DNA of 59,984 nt, filler included, from Hausera hauseri (lineage: Eukaryota), in assembly GCA_046269625.1 (NCBI GenBank). It is 10 parts of 10 records of this genome, joined end to end, with 100 filler letters (N's around TTAATTAATTAA, not from the genome) between each part and the next. Parts side by side here need not be neighbours in the genome. Positions count along the whole stretch, not along the records: positions 55,647 to 59,984 come from JBJURY010629108.1; 9 more parts are not named here. One strand, written 5' to 3'. Position 1 is the first letter of the stretch. Every line of letters starts with the position of its first letter. Position numbers and translations under genes: made by a program. Shown here one piece after another: positions 59,831-59,984 of this stretch. The notes beneath the pieces are model-generated. The model did no database searches. It was not told where the DNA came from and worked only from the letters and a program-made list of their open reading frames with translations.

Positions 59831-59984
59831 ATACAATATTCAGAAGACAAGTGTCTGTACGTGTCGTGGATAGGGTGTTTGATAAAGATCCTACATGATC
59901 TCTGGCCTGACAGAAATTGAATGTGACAGTGGCGAAACCATTATGTGATTATTTGTTTAATACATGTTTTTACTGTATTTTCTG

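Overview
This window is not one locus. It is 10 eukaryotic contigs joined by 100-bp artificial spacers (44 N + TTAATTAATTAA + 44 N), so adjacency across a spacer means nothing. One contig (4525-9781) looks like teleost fish DNA (Rex3/Expander LINE remnant, GT microsatellites). The rest are AT-rich and invertebrate-like, possibly flatworm, which is an inference only. Most of the content is decayed mobile or viral DNA. (1) Two copies of a CsRn1-clade gypsy gag that appear to carry an N-terminal ubiquitin-like domain ending RIRGG|M, each downstream of intronless host pseudogenes (SND1, PDS5). (2) A gypsy pol running in frame into an env-like region whose C-terminal TM peptide recurs at the start of another contig, where it is followed by an inactive-looking REX4/ISG20-type exonuclease and a RING finger. 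(3) A chuvirus-type class III glycoprotein in frame with an unknown N-terminal region of over 500 aa. (4) Two paralogous Polinton/adintovirus-type protein-primed PolB pseudogenes sharing a conserved 3' motif. Host-like features are two tRNA-Ser genes, GPCR fragments, and an intact 12.3-kb repeat-rich ORF that is divergent from PDS5 across a ~425-bp inverted repeat. All homology calls were made by eye from motif recognition; no searches were run.
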